Assembly: GCF_001194135.2 (NCBI RefSeq)
Contig: NC_068982.1
Span: forward strand, 59,313,786-59,377,785
DNA: 64,000 nucleotides
Direction of reading: 5' to 3'
Source: Octopus bimaculoides
Taxonomy: Eukaryota
The notes beneath the pieces are model-generated. The model saw nothing but the letters and a program-made list of their open reading frames with translations. It had not been told where the DNA came from and made no database searches. The position numbers and the translations under genes were made by a program. Positions within the stretch are counted from its first letter, which is position 1. The number at the start of each line of letters is the position of its first letter. Shown here in pieces: positions 27,295 to 40,694 of the stretch.

Positions 27295-27655
27295 GGTGCA
27301 GGTGTGGCAGTGAGGTAAGATGCTTACTTCTCAACCACATGGTTTGGGGTTCTCTACCATCGTGTAGAACCTTGGACAAGTTCCTTCTACTAAAGCCTCA
27401 GGCTAACCAAAGCCCTGTCAGTGGATTTGGTAGAGGGGAACTGAAAGAAGCCCATTGTATATGTGTGTTTGTCCTCTACCACAGTTTGACAACTGGTGTT
27501 GGTATGTTTATGTCCCTGTAACCTATCAATGAGACTGACAAAATAAGTACCAGAACTTAAAAAAAAAAAAGTATTAGTATTGATTTGTTTGACTAAACCC
27601 TTCAAGGTGGTACCCTGTCATGGCCACAGTCCAATGATTAAAACAAGTAAAAGGG
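27295..27655 (+). mobile_element. SINE family A, full length, diverged
   Basis: Head GGTGCAGGTGTGGCAGTGAGGTAAG through tail AAACAAGTAAAAG. Confidence 0.8.
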
Positions 27656-28112
27656 GGTAAAAAAGAACACTGCACACAAACATTAAAGTTTTATTTAAAT
27701 GAACATTTTCCTTAGTTTCTAAATACTTTGGCATGTTTATTGATGATGCTATCTTTAATTTGTGGCCTAACTGAGTAAAAAAAAAAAGTACTTTTTGCAG
27801 AGTTTATGGCATTTATTTAATTTTCCAATGCCCTAGCTATCAGTTTTCCTTAACTCCTGAGTTTTAATTAAGGTTATAAATATCCTTGCAATAACAAACA
27901 ATGGCAATGCTTCAGCAAGGCTCCCTTTACTTTTCTCCTATGAAGGCTTGCAGAAATTTGCACTGTGTGCAAATTTTGTCTTTCTTTGCAACATATGTGC
28001 ACATCCATGTGAGCAACCATCCTTCAAGTTCCTTCAATTAAAAAAATACGATTTCATTTTAAAATCTTTGTGTGCACACTTTTTCCCCTTTCTGAATTGT
28101 AAAAAAATGTGT

Positions 28113-28492
28113 GTTGGCACTCCGTCGCTTACAACGTCAAGGGTTCCAGTTAATCCAATCAATGGAACAGCCTGCTCATGAAATTAACGTGCAAGTGGCT
28201 GAGCACTCCACAGACACGTGTACCCTTAACGTACTTCTCGGGGATATTCAGCGTGACACAGTGTGACAAGGCTGACCCTTTGAATTACAGGCACAACAGA
28301 AACAGGAAGTAAGAGTGAGAGAAAGTTGTGGTGAAAGAGTACAGCAGGGTTCACCACCATCCTCTGCTGGAGCCTTGTGGAGCTTTTAGGTGTTTTCACT
28401 CAATAAACATTCACAATGCCCAGTCTGGGAATCGAAACCGCGATCCTACGACCGCGAGTCCGCCGCCCTAACCACTGGGCCATTGCACCTCC
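28113..28492 (-). mobile_element. tRNA-derived SINE family C, full length
   Basis: Reverse complement matches 39636-40012, including AAGGGTACACGTGTCTGTGGAGTGCTCAGCCACTTGCACGTTAATTTCA.GAGCAGGCTGTTCC. Confidence 0.85.
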
Positions 28493-28619
28493 ACAATACA
28501 CAAATACACAGCTTAGAGGGAACATTGCATTCCACTATTGTAGGCTCTTATTCTTGATGATAGAAAAGGAAATGTGCAGCTTCAGGTTCACTGGAAATGC
28601 ATACAAATCAATGGAAGGA

Positions 28620-30660
28620 TGTCAAAGATGCATTTTATATCAATTGTTTAAAATGAAAAAGAATTACCAGATGTGTACTCTGAATGGTATGATTGCCAAT
28701 GAAGCTAATAAACTTAACCATTTTGCTTTCCCTGTTTTCCTGAATTTTGAAATTTTAAATGTAACCTTTTAACACTTCTTATCACAACGTTGGCAAACAA
28801 TTTAAACTGAAAACCTTGAAAACAAACAAAAGATTCAAACTATGTAACTTGGAATCTTAGACGAAGTTTCAGAGACATTTTTCATTTGGAATATGAGTTG
28901 AGGTTTTTCAGAATCAACACTCTGAACTATAATGGTGAAATAATGCAACATTTTTTTGCATGTAATTGTTGTTTTCATTGTTTACAGTTGAGAGGGAAAC
29001 ATAGTTTAATAACCAAGGGATCATAACATTGAACTGAAGATCCAAACAATGGAATCTTCTTTGTATTTCCCAAGAGCATGTGCTACAGTTAAAAGAATAC
29101 CAGAGAAAAGGTGAACACCATCAAGTTCACTAATGTATTAGTTTGATGCTTAGTAAAGGTGAAAAAGATAGGGGTTTTGATGTTTCAAGCATAGCTTTTT
29201 ATCGTGTGGTTAAATAGGTGTGGAAATATATATAGTGTGTGAGGGGTATTTGAAGACAGTTTTTTTATACATATATTTTGCAAAGAAGGAATTCTTCAAA
29301 ATATTCTACAGTTATGGAAGCAGCTGACATTTCTGTGAGGTGTGTTAATGTAAAGGACAGCGAACATGAGGTACATGAGAGATTTCTTAAGTGTGCAAAC
29401 TACAACAATAAATACAAGGAAGAGATCATAAACTCTTTGGAAGAGCATGCCATTCCTTTGAGTTATAGAAAAGCACAGTTGTATTATAACAGTGCTAAAT
29501 TGGCTGGCAAGTACTATGGCAGTCAAGCAAAAATACCAGAGCTGTGTTTAATAGCAATTGACTACACATGTAGCAATCATACTCAATTTGTGTAAAAATG
29601 AGGCAGCTGAGTGAATATCGAAAACAATGACATTTTTAAACTGTTCAAATGATTTGTAACTTGTTTAATTCCAATCCTAAATGGTTTTTGCATCTCACCT
29701 TAATGGCGTTCAATTATTGTTGCCAAGTCTTTGAGAGATTAACTTAACAACCAAGGCAAAGAATGGAATGAATGGAGTATCAGCATTCATAAAAAAAATT
29801 TGCTTCAGCGTTGATGTAGGATATTTGGTATTAAGTGTTGGCTCTAACAGATATTTACCACAAAGTCATTCAAGCTGGCCGTGCTACTTTGGATATGGGA
29901 GTATCTAATACAGAAACACTCGTTGAAGATTTGATGAAGTTATGAAATAATACGAAATATATCTGGAATGAAGCCAAAGTGGTGGTGCCAGATCTTGAGA
30001 TAGAAAATAAACTTTCCTATGTATGAACAGGGGAGCATGAATCAAAGACAAGAAGAATGCTAGGCAATACAAGACATGAAACCAACTTGCCAGGAATGAT
30101 AGATTATTCACCAGAAGAGGTCAACTTTAGGAAAACCTTCTGTTTTATGTTATGTCTGTACTGTTATTGTATTGCATAATTAACAATTCATCTTTGTGTG
30201 ATTTAGAAGGTGGTTGAAAATTTTGAATTCTTGTGTCTGAAAACGAGCTAGAAAACTCCTTCAAAGAAAACTTAAAGACTTAGCATGTCAATATCCTAAT
30301 GATCACGTAGACTTTGAAACAAAAATGCAGCATTTATCTTCAGTGTATACAGAAAATGTGGGATAACTAGAAATGAAACCTTCAGAATTGTTAAATTCAT
30401 AAACTGACTACAAACTTGGTGAAATAGTTTCAAATATTTATGAGAGTTTGAAAATATTGTTGACAATATTGACTGTAACAACATTAGCAGAAAGATGTTT
30501 GAAACAAACTAAAACATATCAATAACTATTTAAGGTCTACCATCTCTCAAACTTGACTTGTTGATTTAACAAGATTGAGCATTGCCAGAGAAATTGATTT
30601 TGATAATATTATTAGAAATTTTGCAGATAAAAAAAGTCAGAAAAGCTCATTTCATTAGCT
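28620..30660 (+). mobile_element. hAT (ZMYM1-like) transposase fossil
   Basis: Fragments DPNNGIF; VHERFL...IINSLEEHAIPL...AQLYYNSAKLAGKYYGSQAKI...CSNH; C-terminal dimerisation region NIYESLKILLTI...AER...YLRSTISQ..L..LSIAREIDFDNIIRNFA. Many stops and frameshifts. Confidence 0.8.
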
Positions 30661-31223
30661 GATTAGGCTTATCACCGCTTTGTATAAAGTATATTGTTAT
30701 CTAGTCAGTCTGGTGCACAGGGAATAAAGCATTTACAAAAGTTTACCAGTGGTCATATTCAGATAGTTTGAGATTAGCCATCATGTTCAATTATGCTTTC
30801 ATAATCATACATCAAAAGCTGTCTGCTTTGTTCACATTTTATCAGAATCATATTTTTCTACATAGATTGAAAAACTACAGCTTTAATATTATATGTTATA
30901 CCATTACCTTGTTTTTAGACTTTCAACTTTGGATAGAATTACAAGAGTACCATAACCACATCTGAGTCTGGTAAAATTGTCCTTTTCGGGTCTAACTACA
31001 GTCAAATTTTTCCAGTGACAGACAGGTAGGTAAACACACACACACACACACACACAATCAAATCAATTAACTGAACATTAAAAATAACAATAACAAAACA
31101 ACAACAGGATGTGCACATGGAATGTATTAGTTTGATGCTCAGTAAAGGTGAAAAAAAGACAGGGGTTCTGATGTTTCAAGCATAGCTTTTCATCATGTGG
31201 TTACATAGATGTGGAAATATATA

Positions 31224-32463
31224 CGGTGTGTGAGGGGTATTTGAGGACAGTTTTGTTATACAATAAAGCAACTATATTTCAGCATAAATAAATATGTATT
31301 TGAATAAACATTTGTGAAATTAGTCTTGATAATGACTTTTTAAAGTTAATCATTCTATGAAACCACCTTCAGCTTCGATGACTGCTTCAATGCAGGACCA
31401 AAACCACTGGCATGCTCACACTATATGGTCCTTATTCATTTTGGACATCACCTGGACAAAGGCTGCCTTCAGTAAAACTATGGTATTATGAGGATGACGA
31501 GTAGTCTCCTTGTCAGCAACACTCCATACGTAGTAGTCCATGGGGTTCAAATCTGGTAGGTTTGGAAGCCAGATATTGGGTGTTACAGAATAGTAAAGAT
31601 TGACAAACATTCTTGGGTGACTAAGGCTTTGTGAGAAGGTGCTGAGTCTTATTGAAACACGTATGGCCTTCCTTTGCATACATCATCAATCCAGGACTTC
31701 ATAACAGTTTCCAGTACCTCAGTGTATCCAGTAGCATTAATTCTAAGACCTTGTGGAAAGAAGTGGGAAGGTATCACATGACCTTCACTACTCACCAATC
31801 CTAAAACCATCACAGTTACAGAAATTTCGTGTGCATCTGCACATAACCATCTGTCATTTCTTCTGTTAGACTTTTGATCCTAGTCAAAGTCTTTTTCATC
31901 AGAGAAAAACCAAAGCATGCCTTGTTCATGAGGGATTTTCACTTTGCTAAGTAACCATTTTGAATGGATGAGATGGCTTTCCTGTGTCTTTGCAGACATG
32001 ATTTGGCCTGTCCTCATTACATAGAACTTGTATCAAATGTCACAATGTAACACAGTTCTGATAGTCCACTCTGACATCCGAAGTTCTTTAGCAATGGACC
32101 TCATTGATCTTCTGAGGTTTTCATCGAAAATGTTTTTAACATATTGTATAAATTCTGGTGTCCATTTAGTGTCCAAGCATTGTGAATGTTTTTTTCTCTT
32201 TGATACAGGTGAGATATTACCATCACATGCTTCCAATTCCAACCGAACTTTGTGTACAAATGATCTTGCAACATTTAGGAAGCTGCTAATTTCTAAATCA
32301 CTGTGGTTTGCATGTATAGCAACTCTGACTGCATGTTTTTTTTTTAATTTCTTGAGTTAGCATGATATCTTGAAAGAATTATGTGAAAAAAAATGATATA
32401 TTATATAATTTGAAAGTGTTATGAACTAAAAACAAAATGTCCTCAAATACCCCTCGCACCCTG
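31224..32463 (-). mobile_element. Tc1/mariner superfamily, maT (DD37D)-type transposon; near full length with an inactivated transposase
   Basis: Imperfect TIRs CGGTGTGTGAGGGGTATTTGAGGACAGTTTTGTT / AACAAAATGTCCTCAAATACCCCTCGCACCCTG with TA on both sides. HTH region RRSMRSIAKELRMSEWTIR; WFFSDEK; DSAPSH...WLPNLPDLNPMDYYVW; IEAEGGFIE-stop. Confidence 0.9.
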
Positions 32464-33513
32464 TATATATATGTGTGTGTGTGTGTATAAGAGAGAGAGA
32501 GAGAGAGAAATTGACCTAGTACTGGACTGGAACTTGATAATATGAAAGGTAAACCTCAGTGGAGTTGAACTCAGATGAGAGAGAGCAGAGGTAACACAGC
32601 AAGGCATGCATTCTGTCCAGTACACTCATGATTTGCCAGATTTGTTCCCTTATTTAAAACTTCAATTTTTAATATAGGAGAAAGAGGAAACAGAAACTCA
32701 CTAGCTTCATCTGGTAGGATTTCTCTTGAGAGCCATGGGTGACATGTCAGGTGAGACTGTTGCAATTAACGCACAACCAAGACTTATACAGTTCAAAATC
32801 TGCACACAAAAAAAAAACAATAAAAAAACATTAGTTCTGGTAGTGCTCCAGCATGAACACAGCCTAATGACAAGTAATATATAAAAAGATAACTGTAGCT
32901 TTATCACCTGTGCTTTCAATACTGTGAACTTCACTTTTAGGATGCAAAAAAGAGGAAGAGGTAAACTGGGTGGCTTGCTAGATCTACCACCTAAAATATG
33001 ATGATGATGATGATGATGACTAGAAATTTTTTTCTGGTGATGGTGGTGTCAGCAACAATGATTACATATTGACAACAGGATAGAGTGAGGCATGAAAAGC
33101 CGATTGTTTTTACTTGTGACACAATGCAGTACCAATGACAGGTTAGAAAGTGTTAAGCTGTTTTGGCTGGCAGGTCTAGCCAGATGTGACACTCTAGAGA
33201 ATGGAAATTAATATGTTTTAAAAGACGACTTTAAAAATAAGTTTTATTGAAAATAAACATAAAAACAGAATAAATGATTTTCTCTCTGAATTTTATATGT
33301 GATATTTTATTAATTTTCTATAGAGTTTCAGCTATTAAAAAATAACAGAAAACTATATAACTTGAACTTATCTATACTGAAATATGAAATAACACACACA
33401 CACACACGCTCTGTGTGTGTGTGTGTGTGTGTGCGTTTGTGTCGCTGTGTCTGTGTGTGTGCATATGTGTGCGCACACATATGTATGTGTGTTTGTGTGT
33501 GCAAGTGGTGTGC

Positions 33514-33558
<45 letters not shown>

Positions 33559-34010
33559 CGTGCGCATATATATATATATGTATATATGTGTGTATATATA
33601 TACATGCATATATATACATATATATATCTATGTATGTATGTAAAATGTGTAAAGGTAAAATCCAAGGATCAAGGTGCAGAAAGTTAGTGAGCTTCAAGCA
33701 GTCCATTGAAGATATAAAAAAAAAGCAACTTTCAGGAACAACAGTTGTTTATTGTCATAGAAGGTTGTAAATTTTTCCATATTGATGCTCAATAAGCTGA
33801 ATAAAGTTATTTTATAGTTCATGGTTAGCAGCTGGGGTTGTTGTGAATTTTTGATCAAACCTCCTGCAAGTTTATTGACAACAATTAAGGTATGCTTGGC
33901 CTGATGAGTATTACCCCTCGTTTGGGTAATTATTACTTACGAGGATCTGCTAGCTATGAAACATATATATCTACTCCATTCCCTANNNNNNNNNNNNNNN
34001 NNNNNNNNNT

Positions 34011-34530
34011 ATATATAATCTATGTTGTAGATAAATAGACAGGACAAATCTACCTTTTTCTCCACAGAGTGAAAAACAATGATGAACAACTTTAACTGAT
34101 TTTCGAACCTTATTGGGTTCTCATCAGAAGTGCACATCAAAATGACCAATCCTGGAGAAATAAGCAACCAGTCAGTTTATATACTTAACAAATTCTGTAG
34201 CTACAGACAACTAGAGGTACTAATTTGTATGCTGTAAGTGTTCAATATCATCATATAATATCAGTCGCCGGTGAACAGGGTTTGCAGTCCATTTCGTATC
34301 GAAGTATAATATAATAATGTGTGTAATCTATTTCATAGATATACACATAGGGCAAATTTATCTATTTCTTCATGGACTGATGAACAGCTTTAATCGATTT
34401 TCAAGCCCTATTAGGTTTTCATCAGAAGTGTACATCAACTTAACCAATCCCAGAGAAATAAGCAACTAATCTGCTTATATGCTTAACAAAAATTCAGTAG
34501 TTACAGAGAACTGGAGCTACTTAGCATGCC
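34011..34530 (-). repeat. Two diverged direct repeats (298-nt period), each with a minimal hammerhead ribozyme core
   Basis: Reverse complement: CACTT-CTGATGA-GAACC-caataa-GGTTC-GAAA-ATCAGTTA-AAG and CACTT-CTGATGA-AAACC-taatag-GGCTT-GAAA-ATCGATTA-AAG. Cores at 34121-34127 and 34419-34425. Confidence 0.65.
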
Positions 34531-35394
34531 ATAAGTCAACAAGGATCTCTGTCCACACTGTATCAAGGTATGATATGATAATGGGTGCACAAATGGGAAA
34601 GGAATCAATTATCATCATCATAATTGTTTAACTCCACTTTCCTAGCTGATATGGGTTGGACGGTTTGACATGAAGCTGGCTAGTGGGGAACTGTCCAGAC
34701 TTCAATTGTCTGTTGTGGCACGGTTTCTACAGCTGGATGCCCTTCCTAATGCCAACCACTTAACAGAGTGTGCTGGGTAGTTTTTACATGCCCCTGGTGC
34801 GTAGGTGCATTTACATAGCACCAGCATGGGTGTGTTAATGCAACACCAGCATGGGTGCTTTTTAAATGGCACCAGAGCTTGAAAGGACAAGCCTGTATGT
34901 GTGGAAGACAGTGATTTTACTTAGCTTTTTGTGTCTTATCAAGTACAACAAATCACTACATCTCCTGGTCTCTTGTCATTTTCTCAGTGTGGCCCAGAAT
35001 CTGAAGATCCTTTCTTGTAGTACAATTTATTTATTATTAAGTTGAAGCTGAGAATTCACTGTTTCACTCATCCAAACCAGTCATGCATGTTGTGAATTTG
35101 TTCCAATTTGAAGGTGGGAAAAATTTCTAGAATGATTGAATGTATGTACACAATCAATGCACTCCTAGTAGACAGACCTGGAAGGATAAAATGCCCCCAC
35201 ATTATACTATAAAGTGGTTGGTGATATGGAGGATATCTTGCTGCAAAATCCACACAACCTAGCCATCCTCACAAAACCTGTCATATCCAGACAAGAGAGA
35301 TTACCAGTTTTCTCTCTATTGTGGTGGGTATTGGAGGACAAAGGACTACAGCATATGTCAGCTTAGAAAAACAGATGTGAAATAAAGGAAATGT

Positions 35395-35426
<32 letters not shown>

Positions 35427-37494
35427 CTATCTATCTCTATATACAACAAACATTCTAAGAAACAGATGAGAACATATATTTTTCCTCTTTTTTTTTCTTA
35501 AAAAAAAGGTTTGGTGGAGGGTAAGTAAGAAAAGACTGACAAAAAATCACAAACTATTCAAGAAGGAAATATGTTAGACCAGAAGATAAGGCACATATTG
35601 AAAATGATGTGAAACTAAACAGGATGAAGAAAACATGCTCCTTTTAAGGTAAAGACGAAGCTGACATTCACTCACAAACAGAAAGAAGCCTGACCCTACT
35701 CCTGAAGAAACCACTGCTTTCACAATAATAATTTCTCCCTCGCAAGCTATTTCACCTGATATCTTTGAATCTCAATTTTCTTTGCAAGATAGAGAATTTT
35801 GTGACTTCTAAACAAACATGGAGCAGATGAGGTGCAGAGATATACAGTGAGGTGAGGAGGTGGAATGGGAGGAAGAGCAGGAGGAGGAGGAAGAGGAGAA
35901 GGAGGAAACTATAGTAACACTTCCATGTCAACATATCCGTTCAGAGCTGTGGCGCACATTCAGGAATGCACACACTGCGGCATTGCAGCTGTGTTTATAT
36001 TGATCAGACCCCCAACCCATGCTAGATTCCTCAAATGTGACAAACACAAACAGCTTCACGTCTCATTTGTTACATTTTACTCTGGTGATGAAGGTGATGG
36101 TGCAGGTGGTGGTAGTAGTAGCAGCAGTAGTAGCAGTAGTAGTAGTAGTAGTTGTAGTAGTAGTAGTAGTAGTAAGGGCAATTATTCTAGTTGTAGTGAT
36201 GTTGTTGTTGCTGTTGCAGCTGGTGATGGTGGTGATGGTGGTAGTGGTGGTGGTGGTGGTGGTGGTGGTGTTGTTGGGGGTTGACATAGCAAGCCTTCTT
36301 ACTTATTAATCTCTTTTTTTTTTTTTTTTTTATCTTAAGCAAAATTTTGCCTGCTTCTCTATTTAGATATTTATCAACTTCTGTAATGACAAATTTATAA
36401 ACAAAAAATTGTATTTTTAAACTCTGCTATATGTTATAGTAAGTGTGTATTGCAAGATGTGTGCTAGCATCTGTGAGTGTGTGTGGATATGTGTGCGTGC
36501 ATGTGTGTGTGTGTGTGTGTGTGTGTGTAGCTGTGTGCATGTCTGTGTATATATGCACGTGTATACATCAGTATATATATTGATGTGCATGAATGTACAT
36601 ATTTTCATATATTTCTATGCATATGTGTACACACATACATGCACACGCATATATGTATATATTCATATGCATACATATATAGGCATATACATAGATAAAA
36701 GATATGTATATATATATATATATATATATATNNNNNNNNNNNNNNNNNNNNNNNNNNNNNNNNNNNNNNNNNNNNNNNNNNNNNNNNNNNNNNNNNNNNN
36801 NNNNNNNNNNNNNNNNNNNNNNNNNNNNNNNNNNNNNNNNNNNNNNNNNNNNNNNNNNNNNNNNNNNNNNNNNNNNNNNNNNNNNNNNNNNNNNNNNNNN
36901 NNNNNNNNNNNNNNNNNNNNNNNNNNNNNNNNNNNNNNNNNNNNNNNNNNNNNNNNNNNNNNNNNNNNNNNNNNNNNNNNNNNNNNNNNNNNNNNNNNNN
37001 NNNNNNNNNNNNNNNNNNNNNNNNNNNNNNNNNNATATATATACATATATATATATATGGCATGGAACAATTACTTTTTACTGGAGTTTGAAAATTAATT
37101 ATTATTTAAGCAAGATGCTGAAGGACATTTTCAGTTAATTGTAAATTTAGAAAAAAAAAAAAAAAATAATGAATTGCTAAATTTGACATTTTCAATTCCA
37201 TTACTGCTGGAACAGCAGTTTTTATCTGTACATATATTTGCATGTGTTTGAGTCTTTACCTATTTGCATGAGTGTGTAATGTTGTAAATAAGTATATAAG
37301 CCTGTTTATACATATAAGTTTTTGTATAAATTATATTGATTCATACAAATATACAAAATATAAATACACACAGCACAAGAGTTTCATATTGCATTACATA
37401 TCATCAACAACATTACACACCTTGCTAAAGCACAAAATATCAAGCTTCAGTCCATTCAGTGATAAAATATATCATATCACACAGCAATATATTA

Positions 37495-37529
<35 letters not shown>

Positions 37530-37619
37530 TACAATAACATCATAATAACAAAATGTCCTGTACATGCTACACCACATGATACTACAGCAGAACACTTTGC
37601 CATTTGATTTAGGCTTAGC

Positions 37620-38000
37620 ACTTCTTATATTGGGAGATACAAATGACAGCAAGGTTCCGCTACCATAGTCAATCTGTCACAGTTCTTTTAACTTCTGTCC
37701 AACTGGTTGTAGCGCATTTGAGATCTTCTAAAAATATCTGCTGCTAGGTGTTCTTGAGACAACCTTTTTTCCATTCTCTTTATTTCAGAATTCCTTCTGT
37801 CATGGTAAGTGACTCTGGGGCTCAAAATATTACCAGCCAAGTAAAACTAGTTCAGTACTATGATGTTTTGCAATGGCTGACATTTACTTCATTCAAAAAT
37901 GTCTTCATTTTGTAATTCCAGCTGGCCAGATGACTTTGAGGATCTTCTGCTGGCATCGTTGGTGGAATATGCCTGACTTGGCCATTTTTTGCTGATATTT
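37620..38000 (-). mobile_element. RTE-type LINE 3' fragment
   Basis: Frameshifted FHQRCQQKILKVIWPAGITNEDIFE, a typical post-RT region of RTE-like LINEs. Confidence 0.6.
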
Positions 38001-39635
38001 TCTGTTTCAAAGTCATATAGAATCATTAGTAAAATTATTGTACTATAAAACCAGACCATCATGTTAACACTAATGCTTGTTGTAGTTATATAACACAGTC
38101 CAACAAGATAGCCTCTAAGTGGTCTCTCGACCTGCAAAGAATAGCAGCCAAATACTCCTTAACCATCATCTGCACTATCATAAAAGTCAGAATCCTCATC
38201 CTTAGATATTATCTGATCAAACTGAATCCCAAAGATTGTTCTAACACTGGGTATGTACAATGTGGGAGTTTCACTTTTTTCTACAGTGGTTGATAGGCAA
38301 CAGCAGAATTTGAACTCAGGAAACAAGCAGCCAGAACAAATATTATGAGGCAACCCATCCAACAGCCTAATTATTCTGCAAACCCATAGATTCTAAAGAC
38401 TGATATTTTATTCATCAAATCCTGAATCTCTGGGATACAAAGAGCTGAAAAAGATTCTGTAAGATATTTCAACTGATGTTCCAAAATTCTACCAATTTTC
38501 CATAAGGAAAAACACATTACATTATATGGTCCAAGATACACCCAAAACATGGAAGCATTGCTCAGCTAGGTCAGGACTCACTTTTGGCTAAGCAATTGCA
38601 GCCAGGATTTTATATATTGACAAGTCAAATGTGGTTGTGTGATTAAGAAGTTTGCTCTCCTCACACACAGTTTTAAGTTCAGTTCCACCACATGGCACCT
38701 TATGTACATCTGCTATAGTCCTAGGAAAGCAGAAACTGAAAGAAGCCCATCATGTATGTGTGTATATATATATGCTGTCTGTTTGTCTGTCTGTCTCTCT
38801 GCCTCTGTGTGTGTGTGTGAGTCTGTGTGTGCATGTGCATATTAGTGTGTATGCGCGTCTATTTATACAGAGGCACATATATGTCAATGTTTCTGCTGTT
38901 TGGATATTCCAGGTGTTAAATCTGATTTGTTATTTAACACCCCTTTTATCAATCAAACAGGTGTTAAATCACACCCACTCTCTGCTTTATCTTCCTTTCT
39001 ACTTCATATCTCACCTTGATTCTAAGCTTAACACCTTATTACTATTTTCTCCAAACAAATTATATAATCTTTAACCTTCCCAAAGACATCTTCCAGTTAA
39101 AGAGAGCAAGTGAAATATGAGACCATTATCAAGTAGTCTTTCCCACCAAAGGCAGAATTCTGCTAATGAAGTTGACATCTTTTGATTCTTTCTTTTTTAA
39201 ATGTGGAACACTGTGTATAGGTTTTAGATGGGTCTATGCAAAAGTACTTTCTTTTTGTTGTTGCCACTAGATAATTCAGCAAGAACACTGTAAGGGCCCT
39301 CTACTTCAACCGTTTAACATTTAAACCAGCCATATCCAGCCAAAATATTCAGTCCTGTTTTTCGCTCCTAACTAACCAGATTCAACTTCTTGCACTTCTT
39401 CTGCAATATTATTCTGAAAATAAACAATCATGTTATTGAAATCTCAAAGCTACCAGATAATGCACAATTAATTCAAATCAATGTGAACAGATAAGCAATC
39501 CATTTGACAGAAATTTGAATGCTATAGGTTTGAAGTGAAGTGTTTATCTGCAAAATTCTCCCATTGTTCAAGGAGATGTCTGTAAGGGGCCTCTTCTAGT
39601 GAAAATGTTTTTATATTGTGCATTTATTTTAGAGT

Positions 39636-40012
39636 GGAGGTGCAATGGCCCAGTGGTTAGGGCAGCGGACTCACAGTCATAAGATCGTGGTTTCGATTCC
39701 CAGACCGGGCGTTGTAAGTGTTTATTGAGTGAAAACACCTAAAGTTCCACAAGGCTCTGGCAGGGGATGGTGGCGAACCCTGCTGTACTCTTTCACAACT
39801 TTCTCGTACTCTTTCTTCCTGTGTCTGTTGTACCTGTATTTCAAAGGGCCAGCCTTGTCACACTCTGTGTCATGCTGAATATCCCTGAGAACTACGTTAA
39901 GGGTACACGTGTCTGCGGAGTGCTCAGCCACTTGCACGTTAATTTCACGAGCAGGCTGTTCCACTGATCGGATCAACTGGAACCCTCATCGTCGTAACCG
40001 ACAGAGTGACAA
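39636..40012 (+). mobile_element. tRNA-derived SINE family C, full length
   Basis: Head GGAGGTGCAATGGCCCAGTGGTTAGGGCAGCGGACTC...GGTTTCGATTCCCAGACC with A/B boxes. Central domain shared with 28113-28492 and 61075-61255. Confidence 0.85.
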
Positions 40013-40694
40013 CCACCATTACTTGACTGCTACTTATTTTATCGACCCCAAAAGGATGAAAGACAAATTTGACCTCAGCAGAATTTGAACTCAGAACATG
40101 GAAATAGATGAAATGCCACTAAGCATTTTGAGCAGCATGATAACGATTCTGCCAGCTCCCCACCTTATGATAAAGTTAATATTAATAACATATCAGGACA
40201 AGAACAAACAAGACACATCAACAACCAGATAAAAGGAAGAAAATCTGTTGTTATTGTCAATTGCCAATTACAGCTTTGATTCAGAAAACATATTGTATCA
40301 AATAGTTGATAAAATGACAAAGTGGTGGGAGCAAATAGATTCATAGCTCCAGATATGCCACATTTAGATCTGATTGAGAACCGCACTGCACATTTAAACA
40401 TGCAGTGATTAACTGTGTGTGGTGCACTGTTTGATTATAAGCATGCTGTACTCTCTCCACAATCAAGCTTCTCTGTATAGTTTTAAATCCTTGTGGCAAT
40501 CACAACAGACTGAAGAACAGGGAACTCTGTTTCAACTTGACAGTGTGTTATTATTGGTGTTGTACATCCTAGAAGAGTGAAGCTAATATGAATAATACTG
40601 CTATTATCTCTAAGTCTATGAATATTCTTATGTTTTCCTGGACAGAGCAACAGAAATAGTGTTCTTAGGATGCTATTGTAGTAATGTGCAAGAG

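Noticed and set aside
37789-37804. Apparent 16-nt microexon with TTTCAG acceptor and ATG|GTAAGT donor
   Set aside because: It lies inside the antisense strand of an RTE-type LINE fossil, so chance splice-like signals are the simpler explanation.
39636-39711. tRNA gene calls for SINE heads (also at 28420-28492, 46718-46780 and family A heads)
   Set aside because: They have A/B boxes but no complete cloverleaf and continue directly into SINE or pseudo-LTR bodies.
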